Below, piece after piece: positions 26,586-35,348 of a DNA stretch of 64,000 nt. The stretch's first letter is position 1. The number at the start of each line of letters is the position of its first letter. The stretch spans positions 16,534 through 80,533 of the forward strand of contig DATNMQ010000149.1 in NCBI GenBank assembly GCA_035602465.1, read 5' to 3'. Below the pieces are notes generated by a model, which saw only the letters and a program-made list of their open reading frames with translations, was not told where the DNA came from and did not search any database. Made by a program: the position numbers and the translations under genes. The stretch is from Candidatus Sulfotelmatobacter sp. Its GTDB lineage: Bacteria; Chloroflexota; Dormibacteria; Dormibacterales; Dormibacteraceae.

Positions 26586-27458
26586 ATGCGAATTGCCGAC
26601 ATGCTCGGGCGGGGGCGGCCCAGCATCTCCTTCGAGTTCATGGCCCCACGCGACGAATCTGAGGTCGACGTGCTGGAGCGCACGGTCGCCGCGCTCGCCG
26701 GGCACACGCCCGATTGGGTCTCGGTCACGTACCGCGTCCGCACTGGTGAGAAGACGCTCGAGCTCGTCACCAAGATCAAGCGCCAGTACCACATCGAGGC
26801 GATGGCCCACCTCACGTGCGCCAACACCCCCGACAGGACGCGCCAGATCCTCAACTGGATGGAGCGCGAGGGCGTCGCGAACGTGCTCGCCCTGCGAGGG
26901 GACGCGCCCGCGAGCGGTGAAGCGTTCGTGCCCGCCGACCCGCGGCTCGCGCACGCGAGCGACCTGATCACGCTCGTGCGCGGGAGCGGCTACCGGTTTG
27001 GCATCGGCGCGGCGTGCAGCACCGAGAAGCACCCCGAGAGCCCCGATCTCGAGCACGAGTTTCGCTACATGAAGCTCAAGGTCGATGCGGGCGCGGACTT
27101 CTTGATCACGCAGCTGTTCTTCGACAACCGGTTTTATTTCGATCTCGTCGCGCGCGCCCGAGCAGGGGGGATCAAGGTGCCCATCGTGCCCGGCCTCATG
27201 CCGGTGCCCAGCCGCCGGTCGCTCGCCCTGATGACAGCGATGTCGGGCGCGACGGTCCCCGCCCGGCTGCAGGCCGCAATCGACGAGGCGGAGAACGACG
27301 AAGCAATCCGCGTGCTGGGTGTCGAGCACTGCGTCAGGCAGTGCGCTGAGCTCCTCGAATCCGGCGTGCCGGGACTTCACTTCTACACGTTCAATCGGGC
27401 CCGAGGGCCGATCGAGATCCTGGCTGCGCTTCGCGGCCAGCAGCTTCTCGCGTCCTGA
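26586..27458 (+). CDS. metF: methylenetetrahydrofolate reductase
   Basis: SFEFMAPR..., HLTC, LALRGD and ITQLFFD are MetF hallmarks. Confidence 0.85.
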   Translation: MRIADMLGRGRPSISFEFMAPRDESEVDVLERTVAALAGHTPDWVSVTYRVRTGEKTLELVTKIKRQYHIEAMAHLTCANTPDRTRQILNWMEREGVANVLALRGDAPASGEAFVPADPRLAHASDLITLVRGSGYRFGIGAACSTEKHPESPDLEHEFRYMKLKVDAGADFLITQLFFDNRFYFDLVARARAGGIKVPIVPGLMPVPSRRSLALMTAMSGATVPARLQAAIDEAENDEAIRVLGVEHCVRQCAELLESGVPGLHFYTFNRARGPIEILAALRGQQLLAS

Positions 27459-27459
27459 A

Positions 27460-28332
27460 GTGCTAGCAGGAATCGATCTAGGCGGGACCCAGGTCCGCGT
27501 CGCGCTCGCGCGCTCGGACGGTCAGCTGGTCGCGAGCATCAAGACCAAGACGCACCTCGTGCCGACCCCGCAGGCGATGGTCGACTGGGCCGCGTCGGAG
27601 ATCGACCGCCACCGCGGCCGGGAGAAGGTGCGAAGCATCACGATCGCCGCGCCCGGGCCGATCGACATCAAGCGCGGTGTGCTGGTCAATCCACCCAATC
27701 TCCCGTGGAAGAACGTGCCGCTCGAAGCGTTGATGAGCCGCGCCACCGGCGCGAAGGTGACACTGGCCAATGACGCGGACATGGCCGGGCTCGGCGAGTT
27801 CCACCGCGGCGCGGGGCGCGGCACAAAGAACATGGTCTACATCACGTGGTCGACCGGTGTCGGCGGCGGGCTGATCATCGACGGCAAGCTGCACCGAGGC
27901 GCGCACGGCACGGCGGGCGAGGTCGGTCACATGATCATCGACCCGAACGGACCCCTCGACAACTGCGGACAGCGCGGATGCCTGGAGGCATTCGTCGGCG
28001 GCGCCAACCTTGCCAAAGAAACCGGCCACACGGCCGCCGTGCTCTTCGCCGAGGCGGCGCGCGGCGACCGCCACGCACGCATGGTGGTCGAGCGGGCGGC
28101 GCGTTACATGGGCATGGCGCTGATCAGCCTCACCAACATCCTGGATCCGGAGATGTTCGTGATCGGCGGCGGGGTGTCCCGCTCCTGGGCGCTGGTCCAG
28201 CCGACGATGCTCGAAACCCTGCGCTCGTCGCCCTTCATCAAGCCCGCCCGCCGGCCTCGCGTGCGTCGTGCCCGGCTCGGCGACCGCGCCGGCCAGGTGG
28301 GAGCCGTGGAATGGGCGCGGATCAACCAGTAA
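27460..28332 (+). CDS. ROK family sugar kinase (glucokinase-like)
   Basis: The in-frame GTG at 27460 starts VLAGIDLGGTQVRVAL. The ROK signature region reads GAHGTAGEVGHMIIDPNGPLDNCGQRGCLEAF. Confidence 0.8.
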   Translation: MLAGIDLGGTQVRVALARSDGQLVASIKTKTHLVPTPQAMVDWAASEIDRHRGREKVRSITIAAPGPIDIKRGVLVNPPNLPWKNVPLEALMSRATGAKVTLANDADMAGLGEFHRGAGRGTKNMVYITWSTGVGGGLIIDGKLHRGAHGTAGEVGHMIIDPNGPLDNCGQRGCLEAFVGGANLAKETGHTAAVLFAEAARGDRHARMVVERAARYMGMALISLTNILDPEMFVIGGGVSRSWALVQPTMLETLRSSPFIKPARRPRVRRARLGDRAGQVGAVEWARINQ

Positions 28333-29663
28333 GCGATGAGGAGCTACTAGCCCTCCTCGCGCGGGCCGGGGCCGACCTCGGCGTGAAGGCATGGGTCGTC
28401 GGCGGCTACGTCCGCGACAAGCTGTTGAACCGGCCGCACCCCAATCCGGACGTCGTGGTCGAGAACGGCGACGCGCTCGCCCTCGCGCGACGATTCGGGG
28501 AGCTGGCGGGCGCGCCCCCGCCAGTCACCTTCGAGCGGTACGGGACCGCTCAGGTCACCCTCCCCGGCCATCTCGTCGAGTTCGTGACGGCGCGCGCCGA
28601 GTCGTACGCGCCCGACTCCCGCAAGCCCGACGTGCGCCCGGCGACTCTCGACGAGGACCTCCGCCGCAGGGACTTCACGATCAACACGCTGCTCATGGAC
28701 CTGGGCGGCACGATTCACGACCCGCTTGGTGGGCGGGCCGACCTCGAGGCAGGCCTGCTTCGCACGCCGGCCGACCCGTTGCGCACGTTCGCCGACGACC
28801 CCCTGCGGATGCTGCGGGCGATTCGATTCGCGGCCGAACTCGGGTTCAAGCTTGCCCCGAACTTGATTCCCGCGATGCGGGAGATGCGCTCGCGGCTCGC
28901 GCCTCCGGTGATCTCGGTCGAACGGATCGCCGACGAGCTTCGCCGCATGCTCGCGTCCGACCGGCCGAAGCTCGCGCTCGAGCTGCTCGACGACGCGGGG
29001 CTGCTGGAGGTGATCCTGCCCGAGATCGCCGCGTGCAAGGGTGTGGCTCAAAGCGGCTACCACACCCACGACGTGTTTGGCCACACCCTGCTCACGGTTG
29101 CGGCCACGCCTGCCGACCTGCTCTTGCGGGTGGGGGCCCTGTACCACGACGCCGGCAAGCCGGCGACGGCCAAAGGCGACGGCACCTTCATGGGACATGA
29201 AGAGGTGGGCGCGACCATCGCCAGGGAGGCGCTGGAACGGCTGCGCTTCGCCCAGAAGGAGGTCGAGGTGGTGGTCGGGCTGGTCCGCCTGCACCTGAGG
29301 CCGGTGTTCTACCGGTCTGAGTGGACGGATGGAGCCGTGCGCCGGCTGGCGCGAGACGCGGGACCCCTGCTCGACCGTTTGATGGCGCTCGCGCGGGCCG
29401 ACATCGCCGCGTCCGCCTATCCCGAGCCCGAGAAGCTCGACGAGCTGCAGGCGAGGCTGCAAGCCGTCAGGACAGAACGTCCGTCGCGGCTGGCGCCGCT
29501 CATCTCCGGCGAAGACATCATGCGGATAAAAAGCATCGGCCCCGGGCCGGAGGTCGGGCGGATCAAGCAGCGGCTGGAGGAGCTGGTCATCGACGGAGAA
29601 CTTCCGCCCGATCGCGCGGCCGTCCTCGATTACCTGACGGCGAATCACGACTTGTTGCGCTGA
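28311..29663 (+). CDS. CCA-adding enzyme / poly(A) polymerase family tRNA nucleotidyltransferase with HD domain
   Basis: From the ATG at 28311 the sequence has WVVGGYVRDKLL, ...RRDFTINTL..., and an HD region HTHDVFGHTL...YHDAGKP. Confidence 0.8.
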   Translation: MGADQPVSDEELLALLARAGADLGVKAWVVGGYVRDKLLNRPHPNPDVVVENGDALALARRFGELAGAPPPVTFERYGTAQVTLPGHLVEFVTARAESYAPDSRKPDVRPATLDEDLRRRDFTINTLLMDLGGTIHDPLGGRADLEAGLLRTPADPLRTFADDPLRMLRAIRFAAELGFKLAPNLIPAMREMRSRLAPPVISVERIADELRRMLASDRPKLALELLDDAGLLEVILPEIAACKGVAQSGYHTHDVFGHTLLTVAATPADLLLRVGALYHDAGKPATAKGDGTFMGHEEVGATIAREALERLRFAQKEVEVVVGLVRLHLRPVFYRSEWTDGAVRRLARDAGPLLDRLMALARADIAASAYPEPEKLDELQARLQAVRTERPSRLAPLISGEDIMRIKSIGPGPEVGRIKQRLEELVIDGELPPDRAAVLDYLTANHDLLR

Positions 29664-29721
29664 CGCCATCAGCAGCTATGCTGCCTCAGGAGGAAGCCGC
29701 CCACTGGGGAGAGGAGGCGGC

Positions 29722-30246
29722 ATGGGAGGTTTTTTCATGACTGATGTTGGGGTGGATACGGCTGTTCCGGCGAGCACGAATGGGGGGTCCGATCTTTTCG
29801 GCTTGGACTCCAAGGCGACGACGATCGCCAAGGAGGATTCGCTCTCGGGCAGGCTTGAGCTGAAGGGCAGCGGGCAGGTGCTCGGCAACTTCAGCGGACA
29901 GATCGAGTCCGACGGTGAACTTGTGATCGGCAACGAGGCGCATGTCGAGGCCGACATTCATGGTTCCCGGGTCACGATCGCGGGGCTTGTGCGCGGCAAC
30001 GTCGTCGCGACGAGCCGGCTGAAGATCATGAGCACCGGACGCCTCGAGGGCGACGCCACGGTGGGAGCCCTGGTGGTCCAGGAAGGCGGTGTTCACTACG
30101 GAGTGATCCGCGTCCATCCGGAAGGGGTTCCGGACGCGCCGCCAGAGCGGGTTGTGCACGCGCAGGAGACCGCAACAGTCGTACCTTTGAAGCCCGTGCC
30201 GAGCCCGGTCGGGAAGGTCAGAAAGTTCTGGGGTGAGTTCTTCTAA
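29722..30246 (+). CDS. bactofilin-family polymer-forming protein
   Basis: Beta-helical repeat pattern: LELKGSGQVLGNFSGQIESDGELVIGNEAHVEADIHGSRVTIAGLVRGNVVATSRLKIMSTGRLEGD. Confidence 0.75.
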   Translation: MGGFFMTDVGVDTAVPASTNGGSDLFGLDSKATTIAKEDSLSGRLELKGSGQVLGNFSGQIESDGELVIGNEAHVEADIHGSRVTIAGLVRGNVVATSRLKIMSTGRLEGDATVGALVVQEGGVHYGVIRVHPEGVPDAPPERVVHAQETATVVPLKPVPSPVGKVRKFWGEFF

Positions 30247-30859
30247 ACGACCGTCGAAGAAGCCTTCACGGGCGCGAGGCCCAGAGCCTCGCGTCCGTAA
30301 AAGGGCAGGGTCGCCAGGCCAACAGGCTCGCGCCCGCAAGGTGGCCAAGGCGCCCCGCGTCCAGAAGGCCGCCAAGCCGGCCCGCAGGTCCGTCAAGGTG
30401 GCGAAGCGGGCCCCGGTGAAGGTGAAGAAATCCAGGCCCCAGGTGGCGCCAAAGGCGGTCTCTCGGGTCGCGGCGATCAAGCCGGCGGCTCCCAGCCCTG
30501 AGCCGGCGTCGAAGCCGGCAGCCGCCCCTCCCAGGCCCTCGATCAGGCTTGCCGGGTCGGCCTCATCGCGGCTGACGATCAAGCCCAGCCCGCCGACCGG
30601 CCCCCGCCCGCAGCTCGAGCTCTCCACCAAGGTCAGGCCTGGCGGTCCGCGCAGGCTCAGTGAGGTGGAGCTCGACGAGGACGAGGTCCTGATCGACGGC
30701 TTCGACGCCACCCTGGACGGCGCGAGGGTGCGGATAACCGCGGTCCTCGAGCGGACATGCGTCTACGTGCACCCGGGCGGAGACAGGCGCTTGGCGCGCA
30801 AAGAAGATCTCTGGGTGGAGGCGGACAAGCTCCCGATCAGACGGCGCAGCCTTTCCTGA
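30233..30859 (+). CDS. hypothetical protein with a Lys/Ala/Pro-rich (histone H1-like) N-terminal half
   Basis: The GTG at 30233 overlaps the bactofilin 3' end by 14 nt. About 130 aa of K/A/P/R-rich low-complexity sequence precede a short globular C-terminus. Confidence 0.5.
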   Translation: MSSSKRPSKKPSRARGPEPRVRKRAGSPGQQARARKVAKAPRVQKAAKPARRSVKVAKRAPVKVKKSRPQVAPKAVSRVAAIKPAAPSPEPASKPAAAPPRPSIRLAGSASSRLTIKPSPPTGPRPQLELSTKVRPGGPRRLSEVELDEDEVLIDGFDATLDGARVRITAVLERTCVYVHPGGDRRLARKEDLWVEADKLPIRRRSLS

Positions 30860-30881
30860 ACCGTAAGTTACCCTTCGCCTA

Positions 30882-31100
30882 GAGTGTCGCGGCTCCGAAG
30901 TTCCTCGCATCTTCGCTCGCTAGGCGGCCGGGCGCCGTTGGCGCTGAAGCCTGCGTCAGGGGGCCCGGCGCTGCGTCGCTGCCCCCGCGACCACGACGCG
31001 GGGACCCCAGCAGGTGATGCGCTCCTAGCCGCGCCGCCCCTTCCTTGGCTCCGGCCGCCGATCGAGCGAATCTGTGTCGGAAGTCGGAGCCGCGACACTC
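30882..31100 (+). promoter_or_regulatory. structured leader element, copy B (conserved core 30920-31062 plus a 17-bp outer helix), upstream of glpX
   Basis: The core is the same as at 14075-14193. The outer helix is GAGTGTCGCGGCTCCGA (30882-30898) paired with TCGGAGCCGCGACACTC (31084-31100). It contains the GGAG at 31086-31089, upstream of the glpX ATG at 31102. Confidence 0.55.
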
Positions 31101-31101
31101 A

Positions 31102-32106
31102 ATGATCGACGAGCCGAAGATCAATCGCAACCTGGCCCTCGAGCTCCTCCGCGTGACCGAAGCTGGCGCCCTGGCTGCGGCTCCGCTGCAGGGACGTGGC
31201 AACAAGGCAGCGGCGGACGCCCGCGCCGTGGAAGCGATCCGCTCGTCCCTCGCGACGGTCGACATGAAGGGTACGGTCGTGATCGGCGAGGGCGAGAAGG
31301 ACGAAGCCCCGATGCTCTACTTCGGGGAGAAGATCGGCAACGGCCTCGAGCCCGAGGTCGACGTTGCGGTCGACCCGATCGAAGGCACGAGCCTCACCGC
31401 CGCCGGCCTGCCGGGCGCGATCTCCGTCGTGGCTCTCGCCGAACGCGGCACGATGTTCACCACCCACGTCCACTACATGAAGAAGCTCGTGGTCGGCCGC
31501 AAGGCACGAGGCGTGATCGACCTCGAGATGCCGGTCGAGTGGAACCTCCGCCGGATCGCCAAGGCGGAAGGCCTGCCGGTGCAGGAGCTGACCGTCGTCG
31601 TGCTCGAGCGGGATCGCAACAAGGACGTGATCGCGGAGATTCGCTCGGTCGGAGCCCGCATCAAGCTCATCAGCGCAGGTGACGTGGCAGGCGCGCTCGA
31701 GGCAGCTCTCGAAACGCGCTTCGGAATCCATTGCATGATGGGCTCGGGAGGCGCGACCGAGGGTGTGCTTGCCGCGTGCGCCATCAAGACGATCGGTGGC
31801 GACATGCAGGCAAAGCTGTTCTTCCGCGACGACAAGGAACGCGAGTTGGCGATGGCGGAAGGCCACCGGCCGGACAAGGTCCTCTGTCTCGACGACCTGT
31901 GCTCGGGCAAGGACATCTTCTTCGCCGCGACCGGGATCACCTCGGGTGAGCTGCTCAAAGGCGTCCGATATGAAGACGTGTACGCCTATACGCAGTCGAT
32001 GGTCTTGCGCTCCGCCTCGGGCACGATGCGGATCGTCGACGCTTACCACCCGATCGACAACTTGCGGGCCAAAGGCTTGCTGCCGGAACAGGTCGCAATC
32101 CGCTGA
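31102..32106 (+). CDS. glpX: class II fructose-1,6-bisphosphatase
   Basis: From the ATG at 31102 the sequence reads MIDEPKINRNLALELLRVTEAGALAAA..., with DPIEGT, the MGSGGATEGVLAA motif, and GlpX length. Confidence 0.9.
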   Translation: MIDEPKINRNLALELLRVTEAGALAAAPLQGRGNKAAADARAVEAIRSSLATVDMKGTVVIGEGEKDEAPMLYFGEKIGNGLEPEVDVAVDPIEGTSLTAAGLPGAISVVALAERGTMFTTHVHYMKKLVVGRKARGVIDLEMPVEWNLRRIAKAEGLPVQELTVVVLERDRNKDVIAEIRSVGARIKLISAGDVAGALEAALETRFGIHCMMGSGGATEGVLAACAIKTIGGDMQAKLFFRDDKERELAMAEGHRPDKVLCLDDLCSGKDIFFAATGITSGELLKGVRYEDVYAYTQSMVLRSASGTMRIVDAYHPIDNLRAKGLLPEQVAIR

Positions 32107-32150
32107 GCGCGACCGAAGCGGGGCAGTTTCTTGCCGCGGCGAGCAAGGCG

Positions 32151-32906
32151 ATGAGCCAATCGCAGTGGGAGTGGATCGCCACCGCCCGGGTGCTCTCGCG
32201 GCAGCGACCATCCACGGCGGCGGTGGAGCAGGTGCTCGACGGGCTGCTCTCCGATGCCGACCAGGCGATGGTCAACGCGTTCACGACAGGGTTTCGAGTC
32301 GCGCAGACGCAGAACGCCATCAATCGAGCCCTGCCCGACAGCGCGACCGCGTCCGCCGCGCTCGAGTCCGCGCAGGTCGTCGCGCTCGGCATCCTGGTGC
32401 GCGAGAAGCTGGACCCGGCGCAGTTCCAGGTGATCTACCGGCCCTTCGCGACGATATTGCCCGGTCCCGGGTATCAAGCTCCGCCGACGGTCGACCGCCA
32501 GGTCGCCGCGTTCGTCCGCTGGCTTCCGTCCCTCAAAGGCGAGATCGAGGCAGAGGTCGCCGCGGTGACCAAAGCGCTCAGCCTGCAGCCCAAGACGGCC
32601 GCCGCAACCGCCGCGGCGGCTGCGGCGCCGGCGTACGCCGCCGCCGCCGGCCTCGACCCGGCGGCCAACTACGCCGCGGCGTGGAAGCTCGTGATCGCAA
32701 CCGCCAACCAGGCCGGGCGAACACAGACCTTCCGCGCGATGCAAGACGGCGCTGAGCACGCCGCGCCGCACGACGGGCTCGGCATCGTGGGCTTCGCCGG
32801 TGTCGCCGCCGGCGCGATCTTCATGCGTGACATGTTGCCGATCGAGAAAGTGCTCCTCTTGTACGAGCCTTTCGCCGCGGCCCTCCCCTACGAGTCCCTC
32901 AGCTAG
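32151..32906 (+). CDS. hypothetical protein with an Ala-rich central tract
   Basis: 251-aa ORF with strong GC3. The central tract reads KTAAATAAAAAAPAYAAAAG. No family recognised. Confidence 0.5.
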   Translation: MSQSQWEWIATARVLSRQRPSTAAVEQVLDGLLSDADQAMVNAFTTGFRVAQTQNAINRALPDSATASAALESAQVVALGILVREKLDPAQFQVIYRPFATILPGPGYQAPPTVDRQVAAFVRWLPSLKGEIEAEVAAVTKALSLQPKTAAATAAAAAAPAYAAAAGLDPAANYAAAWKLVIATANQAGRTQTFRAMQDGAEHAAPHDGLGIVGFAGVAAGAIFMRDMLPIEKVLLLYEPFAAALPYESLS

Positions 32907-33083
32907 GAGCTCGCGAAAAAAATTCCAACCCTCTTGACTTTGTCGCCTGATCGTCGCACTGTGGAGTCAATTCGTTCTCCGTCCGGGGCCGCTGACAGTT
33001 CACGCAAGGTTGGCCTCCACAAGCAGGCAACGGCCGTAAAGCGGCGCAGAAAACCATCGCGTGTCACCCAGTGGCAACCCGGT

Positions 33084-33120
33084 CGAGGCGGTGTCCGCTG
33101 CAGGCGCCGCCTCGTTTCTT
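33084..33120 (+). terminator. intrinsic terminator-like hairpin with a T-rich tail
   Basis: CGAGGCGG (33084-33091) pairs with CCGCCTCG (33107-33114) and is followed by TTTCTT. It sits between convergent genes. Confidence 0.45.
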
Positions 33121-33123
33121 GTC

Positions 33124-34497
33124 TCAGCGGACGGACTTCACGCGGCTCACGAAAATCGTTCCCAGGAAGAGGAACACGATCGCGCTCGAGAACACGACCC
33201 GGTAGCCGCCATTCCCATGCGCGCCGTTGAGCAGGTCGATCAGCACACCACCGATCGCGGTCAGCAGCGCTTGCGGCAGGGTGAGGGCGATGTGGAAGAG
33301 GCCCATGTCCTTGGCAGAGTTGCTCTTGTCGGGGAGCGTGTCGCAAGCAAGCGCCCAGTCGACCGCGTAGTAGAGGCCGTAGCCGATCCCATACGCGATC
33401 CCGAGCGCAAAAACGAGAGGCACCGCTTTCGGATAAAGCGCGATGAAGGTCAACGCGACGAAGCCCTGCGCGGCGCCCGCGATGTAGACAAAGATCTTTC
33501 GCCGGTGCAGACGGTCTGACAGGAGACCTCCAACAAAGCCGAACGGCGTGGCGACCAGGACGACGACGAGGAGCCACTCGTTGGTGAAGAGCTGGATCGC
33601 CGAAGCACTTGTGTTGGCGGGCAAGACGACATCGCCGAAGAAGTTCAGCAGGAAGTACAGCACCACGGTAATTCCGGACGAGACCATGAGCCGCGTGAAG
33701 ATGACCCAGGCGAAATCGCCTTCGTGAAGGGGCCGCAGAAACTCACGCACCGTCGCTCCGAGCGGCTTCCTTGGTCCGAGGGTGATCGGCTCCTTGCCCT
33801 CGCCACTCGCCGCCCAAACCGTTGGGATCAGGCTGAGCAGCGCGACCAGGCCGAACACTAAGTACACCGCCCGGTAGTTGCCGAGGAAGGCGGTCACACC
33901 CAGGCCGCCGCCGATTCCGAGCTGAGTCATCGTCGCGAGGTAGCCGCTCGCCCGACCGGTTTGCTGCGCCGGCACGACGTCCGGGATGATGCCGGCGTAG
34001 GCCGCGTTGGCGGCGTTGAAGAAGAACTGGATGATCAGGTATCCGATCAGGACCGTCGGATAGTTGCCCGCCACCATCAGGATTACCAGTCCTGGCATGG
34101 TCAGGAGGGATGCCCCGATCATGATTGGGCGCCGCCGCCCGAACCGCGTGTTCAAGCGATCGGACCAGTAACCGACGAGAGGCGGTACGGCAGTGGACAG
34201 CACTCCGCCGAGGCCCACGGCCAGGCCGAGGGCGGAGTTCTTGAGTCCCGATGGAACCACCGACTTGATCTCGGTCTGGATCAAAAGCGTGGTCACCGGG
34301 ATCCAAAGGAAGTTGCTTCCAAACCAGAAGGCGCTGAGCGCAGCGTGCCTTAGATGCCCGAACCCGGCCTCTTCACGGCTGCCCAGGGCGGCTGTCGTAA
34401 CCACCGGGTGCAAGGCTACTGTTAATCGGCTTCTCTCGGCGGACGGAAAGCTGTAGGCTTTGGCGGCCCCCCATGCCATCCATCCTTTCGCGGGCAA
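33124..34497 (-). CDS. MFS transporter
   Basis: The protein has 12 predicted TM segments and an MFS loop motif (YWSDRLNTRFGRRRPIM). The exact start is uncertain because it overlaps the divergent neighbour. Confidence 0.8.
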   Translation of the reverse strand: MPAKGWMAWGAAKAYSFPSAERSRLTVALHPVVTTAALGSREEAGFGHLRHAALSAFWFGSNFLWIPVTTLLIQTEIKSVVPSGLKNSALGLAVGLGGVLSTAVPPLVGYWSDRLNTRFGRRRPIMIGASLLTMPGLVILMVAGNYPTVLIGYLIIQFFFNAANAAYAGIIPDVVPAQQTGRASGYLATMTQLGIGGGLGVTAFLGNYRAVYLVFGLVALLSLIPTVWAASGEGKEPITLGPRKPLGATVREFLRPLHEGDFAWVIFTRLMVSSGITVVLYFLLNFFGDVVLPANTSASAIQLFTNEWLLVVVLVATPFGFVGGLLSDRLHRRKIFVYIAGAAQGFVALTFIALYPKAVPLVFALGIAYGIGYGLYYAVDWALACDTLPDKSNSAKDMGLFHIALTLPQALLTAIGGVLIDLLNGAHGNGGYRVVFSSAIVFLFLGTIFVSRVKSVR

Positions 34498-34886
34498 AAA
34501 CGATCCTGTTCGATGTGCCGAGACACGGCAAGCTGGCCTATTGCCTTCTGCGCGACGAACGAATCCCGCGGGCCCCGAAGGCGGTGCTGCTCGCGGCGCT
34601 AGGCGTCATCGTCAGCCCGCTGGACCTCCCGGCCTGGATCCCGGTCGTGGGCGAGCTCGACATGCTCGCCCTGGCGATTCTGGCGGTGGAGACTTTCATC
34701 GAAGCGTGCCCCGAAGAGATCCGGCACGAGCATGAGGCCGCGTTGGAGGCCAAGCAGAGCGTTTGGGACCGTGACGTGCGCGACACCGTTGGTGCGGCGC
34801 GCCATGGGCTTTACCGTTTGATCGACCGAGTCCGTTCGCGAGTCCGCCACCGCGACGAATATCAATCCATGTCGGAGGTCGGGTGA
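34473..34886 (+). CDS. DUF1232 (YkvA-like) membrane protein
   Basis: ...LAALGVIVSPLDLPAWIPVVGELDMLALAILAVE is the DUF1232 signature. Confidence 0.65.
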   Translation: MPSILSRAKTILFDVPRHGKLAYCLLRDERIPRAPKAVLLAALGVIVSPLDLPAWIPVVGELDMLALAILAVETFIEACPEEIRHEHEAALEAKQSVWDRDVRDTVGAARHGLYRLIDRVRSRVRHRDEYQSMSEVG

Positions 34887-34887
34887 A

Positions 34888-35337
34888 TTGCGGGTCTTGC
34901 TGACGAAGGATGTTGAAAACGTCGGTCATGCCGGCGACGTCAAGGAGGTGGCTGACGGATACGGCCGCAACTTCCTCCTGCGTCGCAAGCTGGCCGTGCC
35001 GGCGGGAAAAGGCGCTGAGGCGGAGGCGAAGCGGCTGCGCGATGCCGCCACCAAGCGTGAGACGAAGGACCGCAGCGAGGCACAAGTCGTGGCGGACCAG
35101 ATCGACAACAAGACGGTCGTGGTTCGCCTGAAGGTGGGGGCCGAGGACAAAGCGTTCGGCTCGATCACCAACCAGGATGTCGCGTCGGCCCTTAAGGCGC
35201 AGCACCGCGTCGAGATCGACAAGCACAAGATCGATCTGAAGGAGCCGATCAGGACCTTGGGCGAGCACCAGGTATCGCTCAAGCTGCACCGCGACGTGAA
35301 CGCGCACGTCAACGTGATCGTCACGCAGGACCGCTAA
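34888..35337 (+). CDS. rplI: 50S ribosomal protein L9
   Basis: From a TTG start: RVLLTKDVENVGHAGDVKEVADGYGRNFLLRRKLAVPA. Length and position before dnaB are typical. Confidence 0.9.
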   Translation: MRVLLTKDVENVGHAGDVKEVADGYGRNFLLRRKLAVPAGKGAEAEAKRLRDAATKRETKDRSEAQVVADQIDNKTVVVRLKVGAEDKAFGSITNQDVASALKAQHRVEIDKHKIDLKEPIRTLGEHQVSLKLHRDVNAHVNVIVTQDR

Positions 35338-35348
35338 CCGCAACCAGC

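Noticed and set aside
28347-29669. 440-aa minus-strand ORF opposite the CCA-adding enzyme gene. The same applies to similar long antisense ORFs at 23388-24425, 23993-25030, 31099-32211 and 21163-22047.
   Set aside because: Same reasoning: each lies fully within a well-supported gene on the other strand and has a low-complexity, Arg-rich translation.
30884-31105. 73-aa ORF (and minus-strand ORF 30879-31265) covering the repeated element, and the homologous stretch inside ORF 14053..
   Set aside because: Similarity between the two copies is at the nucleotide level and is interrupted by an indel-rich variable hairpin that breaks any common reading frame. The changes between copies preserve base pairing rather than amino acids. 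The region is therefore treated as RNA or DNA structure, not as coding.
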